A stretch of 63,431 nucleotides of DNA, filler included, from Rhabdomonas costata (lineage: Eukaryota): the NCBI GenBank assembly GCA_019059605.1. It is 37 parts of 37 records of this genome, joined end to end, with 100 filler letters (N's around TTAATTAATTAA, not from the genome) between each part and the next. Parts side by side here need not be neighbours in the genome. Positions count along the whole stretch, not along the records: positions 37,784 to 39,400 come from JAHMHO010011911.1; positions 39,501 to 41,119 come from JAHMHO010011912.1; positions 41,220 to 42,827 come from JAHMHO010011913.1; positions 42,928 to 44,544 come from JAHMHO010011914.1; positions 44,645 to 46,264 come from JAHMHO010011915.1; positions 46,365 to 47,981 come from JAHMHO010011916.1; positions 48,082 to 49,698 come from JAHMHO010011917.1; positions 49,799 to 51,414 come from JAHMHO010011918.1; 29 more parts are not named here. The stretch is one strand, 5' to 3'. A program made the position numbers and the translations under genes. The notes under the pieces are model-generated. The model had not been told where the DNA came from, did no database searches, and saw only the letters and a list, made by a program, of their open reading frames with translations. Positions 39,359 through 53,506 of the stretch are shown one piece after another; position 1 is the stretch's first letter, and every line of letters begins with the position of its first letter.

Positions 39359-42300
39359 GTCTCTCCCCCGCGCCCACACGACAACAGGCTCCCACCAACA
39401 NNNNNNNNNNNNNNNNNNNNNNNNNNNNNNNNNNNNNNNNNNNNTTAATTAATTAANNNNNNNNNNNNNNNNNNNNNNNNNNNNNNNNNNNNNNNNNNNN
39501 CCCTTTTTCCTAGCTGATTGTGGCGAAATTCCTCCGGGACCCCGCGTTGGGTGGTAACCCCACCCACCTGCACTCATCTCACACCCGACCCCCGCGTGGT
39601 TTTGTGCCCATTTTTGCTTTTCTGTTTTTATTCACCATATGCTTGATTTGCTACAAGGAATTAAATTGTACACATAAACTCAGCAGAGCACCGATAAGAA
39701 AGTGGCATTTTTTACCTTTTTGGATTTTAATTTCTCTTTGGGCATGCTTGGTGCAGGTATGGTGCATAGGTGGTGTATCTTACTAGGGGTTTAAAATTGT
39801 CGACAAAGCTGGATTTTAAAATGCACTTTTTAGGGTCAATAATTCTCCAGCTTGAACTTCACTTTCACCCATTGGGTCAATGTTGACTTTTATGGTAGGC
39901 TGGGTGCCCCATTGTGAAACAACATTGACTACAGGGGGAAAGGTGTGGCACGTATGTTTTGCACAGCAACCGCAAAAGTGCCCAAATCGGCTCTTTCCAG
40001 CTAAAATGGCCAAAGTTAGGGGTAAAACGATGGTTTTTAGGCCCAAATTGATAAAAAAAAGAAGCAAATTACAAGTACACGCGGATGAGTGGGGTGGCGG
40101 CGACACAAAAAATTTACTTGGTGGTAAGCCTCGTCTTGGGGAGGATAAGAGGAGTTCCGGTGACGGAGAAGCAAAAAGATCTTAAATTATTGACCCTTTT
40201 TTACTGTGTGATAGGGCATTTTAAAATCGAGCTTTTTGATATGACGAGCAACAGAAAACTCAATAGATCGGCGGCAAAAAGTGCCATTGAGTTGCCCTCG
40301 GCGTCGCTTCGCTCCGTGCTAACCGCCCGCAGACGGAATGTAATTGATGGCAATGATGACGCATCCAATGACAAAGTTGTAGCATGTGAGACTCAGATTA
40401 AAATGTAAAATTTGGTCCAAAAATCACAAAGAACACGGCAAACCGCTGTAAATCATGGCCAAAGGCCCTAAAATGCCCCATTTGGCCCTTTAGCTGACTA
40501 CGGAGAAGCATTAATCGCCACGTCCATGTCCATCTTCCACAGCTGCACGGAGTACTCGTGGGATCTCAAGGTATGAATGGTAAAAGTCACGGAAGACCAA
40601 CCTGGAATCTTCCAGCAACCAGTAAATTGTCAAAAAAAAGGGGGGGGCAGTTTGTCCCTTTTGTAAATCGCCTAAGTCAAAAAGCCCCCGTACAGGGCCC
40701 TTTTGGACAAGTGTACCGCCACACAGAAAAATATCAGAGGTTAGTAAAGATGAAACCAGTGCCGAAAATCCTTTTTTCACAAGGCAAACCTTTTTGTCAT
40801 GAAAACCCACTGAAAACGCACTGAATTTTTGAGATTCAACCAACACGAAGCATGTGGTGATGCAGGATGAACGGTGAGGCTATGCAACGTAGCGCGTAAC
40901 TCAAACTCTGAGGTGCACACTTGTAGTAGTGAGTAGAGGTGAGTGGTGACACCAATGTCGGGCAATGTAGCATGACATTGTTATGACACCTTTGCCCGAG
41001 CGCAGTCAACGAGAAAAAACCAAAGCCAATCATGGCAACGCTTGGGTAGAGCACCACACACAAGCATGAAAAGAGATGCTACCCAAAAAAACACGTTTGC
41101 AAATAGAAACAAAAAATTANNNNNNNNNNNNNNNNNNNNNNNNNNNNNNNNNNNNNNNNNNNNTTAATTAATTAANNNNNNNNNNNNNNNNNNNNNNNNN
41201 NNNNNNNNNNNNNNNNNNNTTTTGTTGGTATCTGCCGAAACGTTGAGTAGATGACGCTAGATGGCGTTTGGGAAGCTGGACAAGTAGAGTTTAAGCAGAA
41301 AACGCCTCGATCAAGATGGCGGTAGATGGCAAAAGATGGCGTAAACGGTCCCTGCTCAGCAATATGGTCCTAGTGTCTTGGGCACCCAATAATCTATCCC
41401 CGGTCAAGGTCCACTTGTTCCACAAAGTGTTTCAGCGGCCCTGGATACTACATTTACAGTCCCTCGCCATCCAAGCGTTGCTTTACCGTGAAAGTTGTTA
41501 CCCATTCGGCTCTCACGGAGCCAACCCGTCCTTCCCGCGACCAACTTCCCGCCAGACGTCAGCTCGCGTATGCTCCACCCGCTGTCCACCCCCCCTAAAA
41601 CGGACATCGGACGCTTGAAATCAAAATACAACTGGCACCACTACACGTCCAGCGGCTGTCTGTCAACGGTCGTCAGAGAGTGAGCCCCAACCCCGTACAG
41701 CTGCGCAACCTCCCAGGCGAAGGAGGGTGGAGGATGGTGGACGCAGACCTTGGTCTAGACGTCGCAGGCGCTTGGTCAGGGCTGGGTCGGAAGGCTGCTG
41801 CTTTTGCTGCTGCTGCAGGGTGGCGTACAGCTTGGACAGGCACAGCGCGGCCTTCTTGGCCTGCACATCCACCTCCGTCTCCGCTGAGTTTGTGAGGTGT
41901 ATTTGCGCTTGTGTGTGTGTGTGTGTGTGTGAAATGAGGCAGCGAGGCGGTCCATGCAGTTGAAGAGTATTTTTTTTTACGGCAATGAAGGCTTTTAGGG
42001 GGCTCAGTGCTGTCCCCGAAAAGAGGTACAAGCGTGCAAGGAAAGTTCTCATTGCTGAAAGGCGGTGTGTACGTGTGCGTGTTGCTGTTCGGCAGCGCTC
42101 AATACCTGACATTAACCTCGCTGATGCTTGCTTGAGCAAGCGCGGGAGTGTTTCTCATGATTGACGGATAAACCTTCTTGAGATCTTCAGCTCAGGGGCT
42201 ACGATTGGTGGTGTGGTACGAGGGGAAGGGAATCGGGCGCAGGGAATCGGGTGAAGGTGCTGGAAGGAGGGCTTGCCTTACTCTGGGTCACCGAGGTGTG

Positions 42301-43539
42301 ATTCGAGAGCGATTTTTGGGTCAGCCCCCATTTGCCTATGTAACCCCATACACAACGCCGGCGCAGCCATTCACAGGGACCAGTACAAGGCACATACCGT
42401 GAAGTGTGCAAAAGCATGTAGCTTCTCAATTGCACTGTTCACACGCCTTGAAGCCAGAGATAGCGAAAGCTCACCTACCTACGCATGCTTTCTGCTGGCT
42501 ACATCATAATGGGGCAAGAGCGGGAAGGGGTTGGGTGGGATGGCGCAACCGGCCTCTTGGAGGATGTCCGAGGCAGGGCCCCACTCACGGTACATGGCGT
42601 GGTGCACTCCGGCCATGGCTCGGCACAGCGCAGGCCGCAGCGGGGGAGGCGGGAAAGCCACTCCCTCCCCTCTTTGGTCCGGCGGGGTAGTGTGGGCAGA
42701 GGTAGCCGAAGAGGACAACTGCAGGAGGTACTCCCGAAGCTCCACTTCCACCACGGGCTGGCCTCGCAGGCCGAGCAGACGATCCCATTGCCCTATCCCC
42801 CCCCCCCGCACCCGGTCCCAAAAACCANNNNNNNNNNNNNNNNNNNNNNNNNNNNNNNNNNNNNNNNNNNNTTAATTAATTAANNNNNNNNNNNNNNNNN
42901 NNNNNNNNNNNNNNNNNNNNNNNNNNNGACGTTCCATTGGTTGGGGCGATGCTCCGTTTAGCAGTGCTAAACGACCGTATCGGACACTTTTTTGGGGATA
43001 TTTTTAGGGCACAGGGGTTAGGTAAAACGATGTCAACTACCTCTGAATGCATTTGAGCACAGAACGACGCGGGAGACTCCGAGCTGAGGCTAAATAATCT
43101 CGTGCGCTGCTGGAGTGAGTGGCGATGTGGTTGAGTCAACCACATCGCGACGCATCTCCGCCTGCCCTTGGACGCTCCATGTCGGGGCTCTTTGCAGCTG
43201 TGGGATTGAGGTGGCCTTGAGGTGGCCTTCCCGCGGAATCCTTTGCATTTGAAATCGGAGGATGGGTCCGGTTCTACGGGATCTGAGATGGGATGTGCAA
43301 GGTGCGGGGGTCGGGAGGCCCGAGTCAGTTTGCGGTCCTTGCCCTCTGCCAGTCTGGCCGGGATGGGTTACCCTTCTCCTCGTCCTCCTCACTTCTCTCC
43401 CTGGGGATATAAGAGGGGATCATTCAGTGTTCTGAGTCAGTGTCTACGAAGTCGTGGAGTGCCTCAAGGGAGGGGTTCGTCATTTTCGAGAGAGAAAGAG
43501 AGAGAAAGAGAGAGAAAGAGAAGAGGAGTGGGTGAGGAC

Positions 43540-43704
43540 CCTGTGTTTGGACTTGCTTTGGCTCAGGTTGATGATCGTCGCGCCCTTCTTCAGGGAGCCC
43601 TGGTAAACCCGCATCCAGGTCAGCTGCCCAAACTTTGTCTCGGTGATCTTGAAGGCAAGCCCCACGAAGGGGGCCTTGGGGTCCACCACCAGCGGCACCA
43701 GGGC
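43540..43704 (-). CDS. GFM1: Mitochondrial elongation factor G, domain II exon
   Basis: [36 protein letters not shown]. 55 codons between a GTGTAG acceptor and a GTCCTC donor. Confidence 0.85.
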
Positions 43705-44844
43705 CTACACCCCGCCCCAACAACCACCCCCAATGCCAATCACCAGTTACCTATTTTTTATATCGCGGTGAACAATTTATTTGACATTTTGTCATGATAC
43801 AGGCACGTTTTGTGCCTTTTTGTCCAAACAATGAGACAGAATAGAGGTAGAGGGGGGGGGGGAAATCTGCACATCTCTCTCTTCTCAGAAGTTTCCCACC
43901 ATTATGAAACATCATGAAGCGAGCTAGTTGGTGTCCCAAAGACCTGAACTGTGTAGGTATTTCATCCAAAACTCTTTTAAAAGCCACGGTATTCCAGTTT
44001 CCGAATTTCGGTTTGCAGGCGTTTTGCATGGAGAAACTGAGTTAAGTTGTGCATCAGATTGATCTTGTTTTCTTGAGTCCCCAAATAAAATTGACCACTG
44101 CCAAATATGACGCGTCGTCCTGTCAGACGCAGTTCTTTGCCACGCCTCCCATCCCATCCCATCCCAGCACCATTCTGTCCATCCCTACCGTGTGTGCATC
44201 TTCGACATTGGCCCCGCTACCGAAGGAGCAGGTAACATAAAAAAAAGTCCGCTGTTGACACACTTGTTGTAGACACACCGGTGTACGAATCAAATCAACA
44301 GCTTTTTGTCAGATGATTAACGCTCACGATAGACAAAAAATGGCATAATAAGGCTTTTAAATGGCCTCAAGGGCACCTGCAGACGGAAACACTCCTATCC
44401 ATTCTGTGGTCAGCATGAAATACTCCTGGGCTTTGTCCTGAGGTATTAGCAGGTCCGGCCAAAAGCTGGGGCACAGTATGCAGGGATGTAGAGGTCGAAA
44501 AGGGCACTCCAGGCCCATTGGAATGCCCTTTTCGACCCCAACACNNNNNNNNNNNNNNNNNNNNNNNNNNNNNNNNNNNNNNNNNNNNTTAATTAATTAA
44601 NNNNNNNNNNNNNNNNNNNNNNNNNNNNNNNNNNNNNNNNNNNNAATGGTCTATCCAAGAGGTAGAGTGGGCGACAGTATCAAGCCGCTGTTTGTCAGCC
44701 AACTGCGTTTGCTGAAGAAGAGTTCGCTGGGATAGATGATGTAGCGGCTCAGTTAGTGTGGCAGGCTAGTCTCCTGGTTCACTTACAAGTGCTGTCCTTG
44801 TTAATTTTATTGGGCATTACTTTAGAATTGTACCCACGGCCAGG

Positions 44845-44940
44845 AACCCTAACCCTAACCCTAACCGTATCCCTAACCCTAACGCTAACCCTAACCCTAA
44901 CCCTAACCCTAACCCTAACCCTTACCCTAACCCTTACCCC
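44845..44940. repeat. Interstitial telomere-like array (CCCTAA)n, about 16 units with variants
   Basis: Direct reading. Variant units include CCGTAT, CGCTAA and CCCTTA, and non-telomeric DNA lies on both sides. Confidence 0.9.
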
Positions 44941-45786
44941 CAAAGAGAACGTCAAAGAAGCCAATAAACACATGTCACTGAAAGAAGCCGTCTCGGATGT
45001 GCTCACATAGGGCAATAACAAATTCCAAAAGATCATAAAGCCTAAGCATCTCAAAAAACAACCTGAAGACAGAGGTGGGTACAATTGTAAAGTAACGCCT
45101 TTTATTGTTTCTTCTTTTCTGTGTTTTCCCCCTGGGCCCGGCTGCGCTCTTGTTTTCCCTTGACGTGATGGGCGTCACATGGGCTTTGTCGGAGCGCCTC
45201 TTGCCAAAACAGAAAATACATCAGAATTGGTGGACTTGAGAAAAGTTTTGGGATTTGGGCAGATTTGGGTGCGCTGAAAAAGACTTGCTATGATAAACAC
45301 TATTCTAACTTTGGGATTCCGTTGGTGTCTCTTCACAGCTACACCACACACAAAATGGTGGCAAGGTCAAGCCTTTTCTGGAAAATCATGGTTCCAAACG
45401 CCGTCCTGCTGTTGCCCAGCACGTCACATGGTTCGAAAGATGAAAAGCGCAAGTCAACAAGGTCGCCATTTATCGGCAACTGTCTCCCCCTGATTTTTAT
45501 CGCTTCGGCAGACACGCTTGTTTGTTTTATAACGGCTTTTTTTTTGGCAAGCTTGCAGGCAACGAATATGGCCGAACTTGACAAAAAAAAACTCGAGCCC
45601 CGACGAAGGCCGTAAGGGTCAAAATGTTTTAACCCATTCCTTCCATCCGCTTCGTCATAAGAAGAAAACGCGAGGTAATACGCCCGAACGTTGGTATATA
45701 TTTTTTGTCTCTGCTTGCAGAGCTTTTCTTGATTAAAAAAAAGTGCCTTCTCTTTCTTGTTAACAACCACACGTGGTTTTTTCGTG

Positions 45787-46046
45787 ATGGACTCTGATTC
45801 CGATTCGAAAGAGACGGGTGATGCGGCTGCGGAGTCGTTCTGCTTCTGTGAATGTGGCGAAACTGTGCAGTGCTCTTCCGAGAAACGAGTGGCTCAGTGC
45901 GTTTCCTCTGCAGTGGGCACCGTTCTGACTGAGCAGGTGGTCAGTCTATCCGGTGACTCTCCCGTGTTTCGTTTGAAGCTCGAAGACGTTGGAAAGCCCG
46001 AGCAGCGGCTGTGCATCGGTATAGCCCCGGAGGAGTGCTCTCCCAG
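45787..46046 (+). CDS. Probable first exon with a SPRY/B30.2-like beta-sandwich start
   Basis: ATG at 45787, GTVLTEQVVS...VFRLKLEDVGKPEQRLCIGIAPE, donor GTAGCG. Confidence 0.35.
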
Positions 46047-46364
46047 GTAGCGGACCTTTTTCCTGCCTTGCGTCAGTCAACGAAGTTTTGTTACTCCCCT
46101 TTTTTGACAGGAGGCAGGGTTGCATTAAACTTTGAACTGGCACGCCTGTGCTGGCCATTGATATTCTCTCAATACATCCACTTCCTTCTTTTTAGTCTGA
46201 AAAAATAGAAATCCAATTGCTTGTAGGCGCTCTTATCTGAGGCAAGAGCAAGTTTTTTATTTGCNNNNNNNNNNNNNNNNNNNNNNNNNNNNNNNNNNNN
46301 NNNNNNNNTTAATTAATTAANNNNNNNNNNNNNNNNNNNNNNNNNNNNNNNNNNNNNNNNNNNN

Positions 46365-46725
46365 GGGAACCGAAGACTCCCCACGCCAACTGCGACCCCA
46401 CAGCTCGCATCAGGGCCACCGATATGCGTCCCCACAGCTCTTTCTTACAGTCCCTGATTCTACAGCCCCTGCGAGCAGAGTATACGCGGAAAAGCTTGTG
46501 CAGCACTTTCGTCGCTGCCGAGGCCCAGCTTCCCGTCGTTTCCCCGACCAAAGCCGCGAACCCGAAGCCCACCCGCTCGCACTTCTGCTTATATAGAGCG
46601 TCCTTCGTTTCTTCGCGGCGTTGGGCAATGACCCCCACTTCCTGCGCCTTGTACGAACTCCCACCCACCGCAGGCACAACAGTCGAAAAGTCAGGTCCAG
46701 CGCGACGTTGGTGGGGCCAAAAGCC
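46365..46725 (-). mobile_element. CRE-clade non-LTR retrotransposon, restriction-like endonuclease C-terminus
   Basis: DFSTVV...AQRREETKDALYKQKC...GFAALVGETTGSW...LWGRISVALMRAVG matches the D..KxxKY..FxPxxxETxGxW..RISVALxRxN pattern of REL domains. Confidence 0.8.
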
Positions 46726-48098
46726 CCCCGGGCTTTTTGTTTTTGCATGCTCACATACTCCCCAAATGTGACATGTGGTGGTTCCTGCTACTCCCCGACT
46801 GACGTGGCATTCACTCTCTATGGTCCCAATAGATGCCAATACCAAAGTATCCAAATTTTCACTATCGTTTCGTTCCAAACATTTGCCTTCTTTCCTCAAG
46901 CACAAAAAAGACCATCAAAAAGAACGTAGGTGAGTGAGTGGACCGCTTTTTGGGAAAGAAACAAACCACCACACTTAGGGAGTATGTGAGCATGGTACAT
47001 GGTACATACGACCAGCAAAACGACGCAGGAGTGGGGTATCAATGCATGTAAGACGTCTCCTAGGTATCGCATCTGGTATCATCATTTTACAATTTTTTTT
47101 GCATTTTTTTTTTGGAATTTTATAATCCCTCGTTCACAATGGATCTTCATTATTTGTCCATATGAAACAAGACAACATGTCGGCCGTATGTGTGGTGTCG
47201 GATTCGGGGTGTTGGGTATGGCGTTCAATGGTTTGGGACTTTCATTCGTGTGCGGGTGCGCGTTTGACGTCAGTTTCTTGGAGTTAGGGTTAAGATGTGG
47301 GGTAACGTGGAGGAGTAGGGTAGTGTGTAGGGTGTGGGTTCTGGGTCGGAGGGTGAGAAGGAGAAGGAGGTTGAGTTGGAGTTGGAGGGTTGAGTGAGGG
47401 TTGAGTTGGAGGTTGTGAAAGTGGATCGGAGGGTGATGTAAGGATGACGCCCTCCACCAGATGCAAGAACCCACCGCTGAGGGGTGATGGTGAGATGCAA
47501 GGACCACCGTAAAGGCTCCGCAGGAACTTGCCTCCCTGAGTTCAGCTGTTGCTGTTGTGTTGAGTGACCGTAACCGTGCTTATGCCGGTGGAGGGAACTC
47601 TGGTGATGTTGGTGAGTGGAAGCGCCATAAGGTGGTGGAACGAACGAGTGAGGGAGGAGTGATGCGAGAAAACGTGAGCATTACGACGACAGAGAGAAGA
47701 AGAAAATGTTGATGTCGGTCACTCGCTACGCTCGCTCCCTCCTGACGTCGTTGCTGCGCTCCTCCTCTGCATACGTTCTTTTGATCACGGTTCACATTCG
47801 TCCTTTCGCTGCGCTCAATGTCCTCATGTTCACTGGTCGCTGCGACACTCCCTCCGGTCGTCCCTTGCTTCTCTTTCTTAACGTCGTGGTGCTCGGTACC
47901 TCGCATCCCTCCTCTATGTCATGGTTTCCACCACCACCCTAAGGTGGTTACGGTCACTAGGGCGTCGTCACACACCCCACANNNNNNNNNNNNNNNNNNN
48001 NNNNNNNNNNNNNNNNNNNNNNNNNTTAATTAATTAANNNNNNNNNNNNNNNNNNNNNNNNNNNNNNNNNNNNNNNNNNNNTTTGTGTTGGTGAGATC

Positions 48099-49698
48099 AT
48101 GCGCCGCCCCTGGGCAGCATTGGTTCCTCTTCTAAGTGAGCACTTCGGCAGACTCCTCTCCCAGGATATTGTGGTTGAACCCACTGCCTTCGAAAAATGG
48201 ATGACATTCCTTTTGCCGGATGATGATTCAAACTTCCCGCTGAGACTGTCCCTATTGGACTCGGTTTGCAGCACTGGGTACAATGATACCCCTTTGAGCT
48301 TCGAACGCGTGCTGGAAGATCTTCCCCGCTGGCTTTGCCTTGTAAAAGCCCTACGGAACAGTGCAGAGCTTCCACCTCACCTCGTTTGTGTGCTGCAGAT
48401 GGTTTCATTGGAATCCTTGATTTCTCTGCACACCTCCGAGATTCAAAATCTGCTTTCTTCCCGCCAAGGCCATTTCTCACAGGATTTGAGTTTTTGGCTC
48501 ACCTCCAGTTCTGACCCTCTGCTAGATTCCGGGATCTTTGATTATTTCGGGAGGAACTTCAAATCACTGGTTGGTCGCCTTAGGGCGTGCCATTGTCTTG
48601 CTGTGAGCCGTGCTGATTGGTTGGAAACTTTGTATCAGTTATGTCAGCGCTTCGATTTGGATGTTCCACCCTTGCTTCATGACGACAAAGCCCTGGTGGA
48701 GGTGAGCCCGCCTCTGCAGCTTTTGGCCCATCCCTTTCCCAGCTTGGATGGCTTTTGCGAACCCGTTTTGAGATGGCTGCGGCAATGCCTTTTTTCCAAA
48801 GTGCTTCGGAACTGCTGGACAGACTATTCTAAAGGGCCGGGGACGAAATCAGCACCTCTTCTTGACGTCGTTAGCAACTTCAAAAGACATTTGGCCGACT
48901 GTGCCCGAATAATTTCTCTTCGGACGATGCCTGTAACTGATTTGTTACCGCTGTTGGAAAACGTCACTGCAGAAGACTTGCCCTCGGAACTCTGTGCTGT
49001 TTTTGGATTTTCTCATGCTTCTCAGGAAGTTAGCCAAATTAAGGAAATCAGTGCCTGCTGGCCCGCGTGGTACCAATCGGGTGTTACTGCTGAGCACTGC
49101 GGCAGGCTTTGCGATGTTCTCGGTTTGTGTGGTGATTCATCTTTACAGCTTCAGCTGCAAAAGTTAGCTTTGGCGGTACGTTCTCGGGTTACAATTAGCG
49201 GTTTTCTCGAAAGTCTCCATGCTTCTCCGCTGCGGCATCTGAGTGTCCCGGCGCTTCATGTCTTGGAGGCACTGAGTGGCGCCAAAGATCTGGTGAGTTA
49301 CGTGCTCTCAGAGCCTTTGCTAAATTTGCGCGAAATGGTTGATGTGCTCAAGTCGTCCCGCCACGTGGACACGCCCGTCCTTGATCTGATGACCGCCCTT
49401 CAGTCTGTGGTGGAGCTTTTGGCTAGAATTTGGCAGAGCACAGCAACGAAAGCAGCTGCGGTGACTCTTGAGAAGTTTTTGCACAGCGATTGGGCCAACT
49501 TCGTACACTCAATTCATGGGGCACATTTTCGAAGGTGCTGTGCGGAGCTTGCGCAGATCCAGAAAGTGATCAGCTCCTTTACCTTCTCTCTTGCAGAAGT
49601 GGATCCCGGTGTTCCCATGGATAATGTGGAGCAGCTCTGGGCTGTAATTGAAAGTGACACCTTTCAGTTGTCCATGAAAGGCGATGCTCACCAAAACA
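48099..49698 (+). CDS. Intronless, Leu-rich helical fragment of a very large protein (possibly RNF213-like)
   Basis: Stop-free for more than 530 codons across almost the whole contig. The family call is a weak resemblance only. Confidence 0.65.
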
Positions 49699-52600
49699 NN
49701 NNNNNNNNNNNNNNNNNNNNNNNNNNNNNNNNNNNNNNNNNNTTAATTAATTAANNNNNNNNNNNNNNNNNNNNNNNNNNNNNNNNNNNNNNNNNNNNTG
49801 TGCGCGCGTTGTTCTTATGGTAGTGTTAGCGCCTCCTGTGTGTGGTTTCCATCTGCCCAGGTGTATTCACATTTGGTGAGGCGGTAGGCAGCTGTTAGGA
49901 AATGCTCCTTAAAAAAGGCCAGCAAAGCAGCGCACGAAAAAGAATTCACGGTATCAAGACCCAAAGAGTCTAAGAACAAGACCCAACACAAACGCACCCA
50001 CTCAAGAAGCCAGCAAGTCATCGATTGACAAACACAGCTCTGGCGAACGGTATGAACGGCCACTGCGCATCCGAAAAATATACCCATGCATGGTTGGTCT
50101 CAGCGTGCTATAGACTACGCTCCCAAGGTTCCAAGGCATCCAGGCAGGTAATTTATCGGCCGAAAATGACATCGGTTGTTATTCCAAAAATGCTCCAGAG
50201 AGTGGGGGTTGCGCTGGTTTCCGAAGCGAGGATATTTGGTCTCGCAGGGTGGGGGTTAGAGAGCGGTGCATGTCGGCGGGTGTAGTCGATAGCAGTGCCA
50301 TTAAGAGATACACACCAGCGGATCCGGAAAAGACTCGGGGCTTCCCTCCCTCATGTCAGGACCCACCGCGGGTCGAGTCCCCTCCTCTGTCAATGGCGGC
50401 GGGGGAGGTGGCAGGGCGGGCCTTCCCACAGGCCCGGCGGTGCCCTCCTCGCCGCCCTCCCCTTCGGGCTCCCCGCCCAATGCAGTAGGCTGCTGCTGCT
50501 GCAGGAGCTCCTCCGCGGCGTCGGAGCTGGAGTACGTCACCGAAGGCCGAGATGGGAGGGTCTCGTCCTCGTCGGCAGAGGGCTGGAGCAACATCCCCCC
50601 GCCCATTCACGCAAATGGCACGGCAAATATTGACGCAAAAGGGGGCGGGGATTATTGGCATTGCCCGTGCAAAACGTCTTGCTTTCGCCTGCGGTGTCAC
50701 ACAGTCATGCGGTATCACACAAAATGAACACAAACATACGTTGAGCTGACTAAAATGCACTAATCCTGACCCGCAGGGAATGCTGCACCCCCCCCAAAAA
50801 AAATGCCACAGAAAGAGGCTTAACCTCACCCTATCTGCAACAACATCTCTGCCTGCTGGCGAGGTGTGGAACCTGAACCAACTTCCCGATGGGATGGAGA
50901 ATAAATCATTGATACCTCAGTGGGTGAGGCGCCTCCCGCGGCGGGCTTCTGCGGGGAAGGGGAGGCTTGTACGAGGCCCGAGGAGGAGGAGATGGAGGAC
51001 GAGCCCAATTTGCTGGCCAGGTCGAGCGTGGGGGGCCTTCCCTCGCACACGCAGTCCGTGGTGTCGTGATGCAGGCGGACAGGCCGGGGCACCGGGGCAC
51101 TGCCCTCGGGGCTCAGCCCAAGCCCTGCGGGGACAAAGGTCCATGAAAGGAGGGGCACAAAGCACTTGCTGCTGCCTGAATGGCTGTTTGTTGGTGACCG
51201 CTGTGACTAACGGGGTGCACGCGGTGTTGGAGGAAGGGAAGTGAGGAGAGAGGCCCATGTTCGAAGAGTAAGCTGAGCCACGAAAAAAAATGGAAAGAAA
51301 TGGGAATTACGACGAAGCAAGTTCGAGGAAAGTTATGTTTATGTTTGTACGTGCCCAAAAAAAAATACTCGAAATCCTGGGTGATATCAACCTACCCCCC
51401 CCCCTTTTCTTTTTNNNNNNNNNNNNNNNNNNNNNNNNNNNNNNNNNNNNNNNNNNNNTTAATTAATTAANNNNNNNNNNNNNNNNNNNNNNNNNNNNNN
51501 NNNNNNNNNNNNNNTGTGGGGTGTCATTCTATATATGGTGCAAGGGTGTTGTTTTCCTGCCACGCTTCAACTTTTTACTGGAAAAATTTGCCTGTCGCTC
51601 GCACGCGGCGAAACCAGTCCTGCTCTGTTGCTTCTGCTTCTGCACCCAGCGCAACCCAGAGGTGCCAAAATTCATGAAGGCAATTCCAAACGTTGTCGGG
51701 TGTACGTCCCGAAGAGTACGAGTAAGAGCACGTTATTTAAGTTTTGAGAACATCACTTTACATGCCCTGGAAGGAGAGAGGGGGGAATGGAAGGAAGGAC
51801 AGAGAACTGAGGGGACACAAAAGGGAAGGGAAGTGGGAATGATTGGGATTGGGAAGGGGAATATCCCTGAGTCAAAAGAAAGAAAGAGAAAACGTAGTCC
51901 TCTCAACGCTGGTGGCGTGAAGTTTGAGGAAATGAAGCGAATTGCATGATTCGCTGGCCGACCGACAAGACATGTGTGTCAGGTACGACGCAGCAAGGGG
52001 GCGGAGAGATGGGTGGGGATTGTCTGTGAAAATGCCTGGCGAGGGAAGATCACAATCCACACCAGGCTAGATCACCCGGGCAACACGTGACAAGCCAGAA
52101 CTCTCCAAAGAACCGTGAAACCTGCAGTGAATAAAATCTTTAATGATTCCGCAGATGAAGACCGCTGAGCTGAGTGGGCATATGGCAGCGGGTACTTCGA
52201 GGGAGCCCAAGTTCTTGAGACATCAAGTTCTTCTCCGGGGACGCGAGAGTTGGGGCTCACCAAACACAAAAACAATGACTTGACTGACTGCACAAACCTA
52301 CCCGACTATAGAGAGGCAAACACGGAGATAAAGGCAACCTGAGTGGAGGAAGGTCAAGAAAGAAAAGCACGCAAGAAGAGATACACGTAGACTCTGGGGC
52401 CCAAGACTCAAGGCCCAGGGCAGTACTGTAAAAGTTGTGACCCTTCGCTTCGCTTCCCATCCCTTCCCTTAACTCCGCGATTGCCTTCTCTCTCTCTCTC
52501 TCACCCACATAACTGTTCGGCTTAGCGCCCGTGGCTGAGTGTCTTCCACTTCGCCCCGCAAGTACGGCAGGAATAGTATCCGAAACCCTGTGAAAGGACG

Positions 52601-53506
52601 CAGCAGCTGTGTCCCGACGGTTTCCACGTTCTCTGCAAAAATCTCATCGAAAGTAGAGACCTCTGGAAACGGCAAAATGGTGCCAGGCTCTATTTTACAT
52701 ATGCTGTGCACCCCGGCCAAAAGTTTAGGCTCAATGCGGCCGGGTGAGCTCACCCGACGGGCGAATCTGTCAAAAACAAAGCAACTCCGGTAAGTCAACT
52801 TTACGACTCTGAGGACGCAACACGGCGAAAGTTTTGCATTTTTTTAACCTGACGAAAAAGAAAACCGACCTAAGGCTCAAACCGCGTCGCCCGGTGCTCG
52901 AGTCACAACTCACGAAACCACACATAACAGCTATACACCTATACAGGCAGTCAACAGACAACGCGATACAATTAAAAAAGAAAGCTCAGATACCCTTTTC
53001 CCGCGAAGACGCTTCCATGCCGCGGTGTGACTGCAGCTCGGGGAGTGGGCGATGGGCGCGCCCTGGGCTGTCGCAGGCGACCAGCCCCCGCCCGAAGCTC
53101 CCGTGACCTTGGTTTCACTCTCCCCCCAAAANNNNNNNNNNNNNNNNNNNNNNNNNNNNNNNNNNNNNNNNNNNNTTAATTAATTAANNNNNNNNNNNNN
53201 NNNNNNNNNNNNNNNNNNNNNNNNNNNNNNNGGTCGGGAAACCCTTGACACCAAGGACTGGCCACGCAGCGTTTCGGGAGGCTCGCTGCGTACACGAAAG
53301 ACTCCAGGACTGCTTCGGCTTAGCCCTTCCGGCCGACGATACACTCCTCAGAACTGAATGAAAACCGAACTGCATCTGCAGGGTGGAGAGATTAAGGGGA
53401 GAGAGAGGAGCGCTTCTTCGTGTGCATGTGTTTAGAGATAGGGGAACACTGCTCTGCATTTTTTTGAGTGAATGTGAGGGGTGGTGTGGATGTGTTACCT
53501 TCGCAG

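Noticed and set aside
44756..45084. LTLTLT and VRVRVR ORFs
   Set aside because: These are translations of the CCCTAA array.
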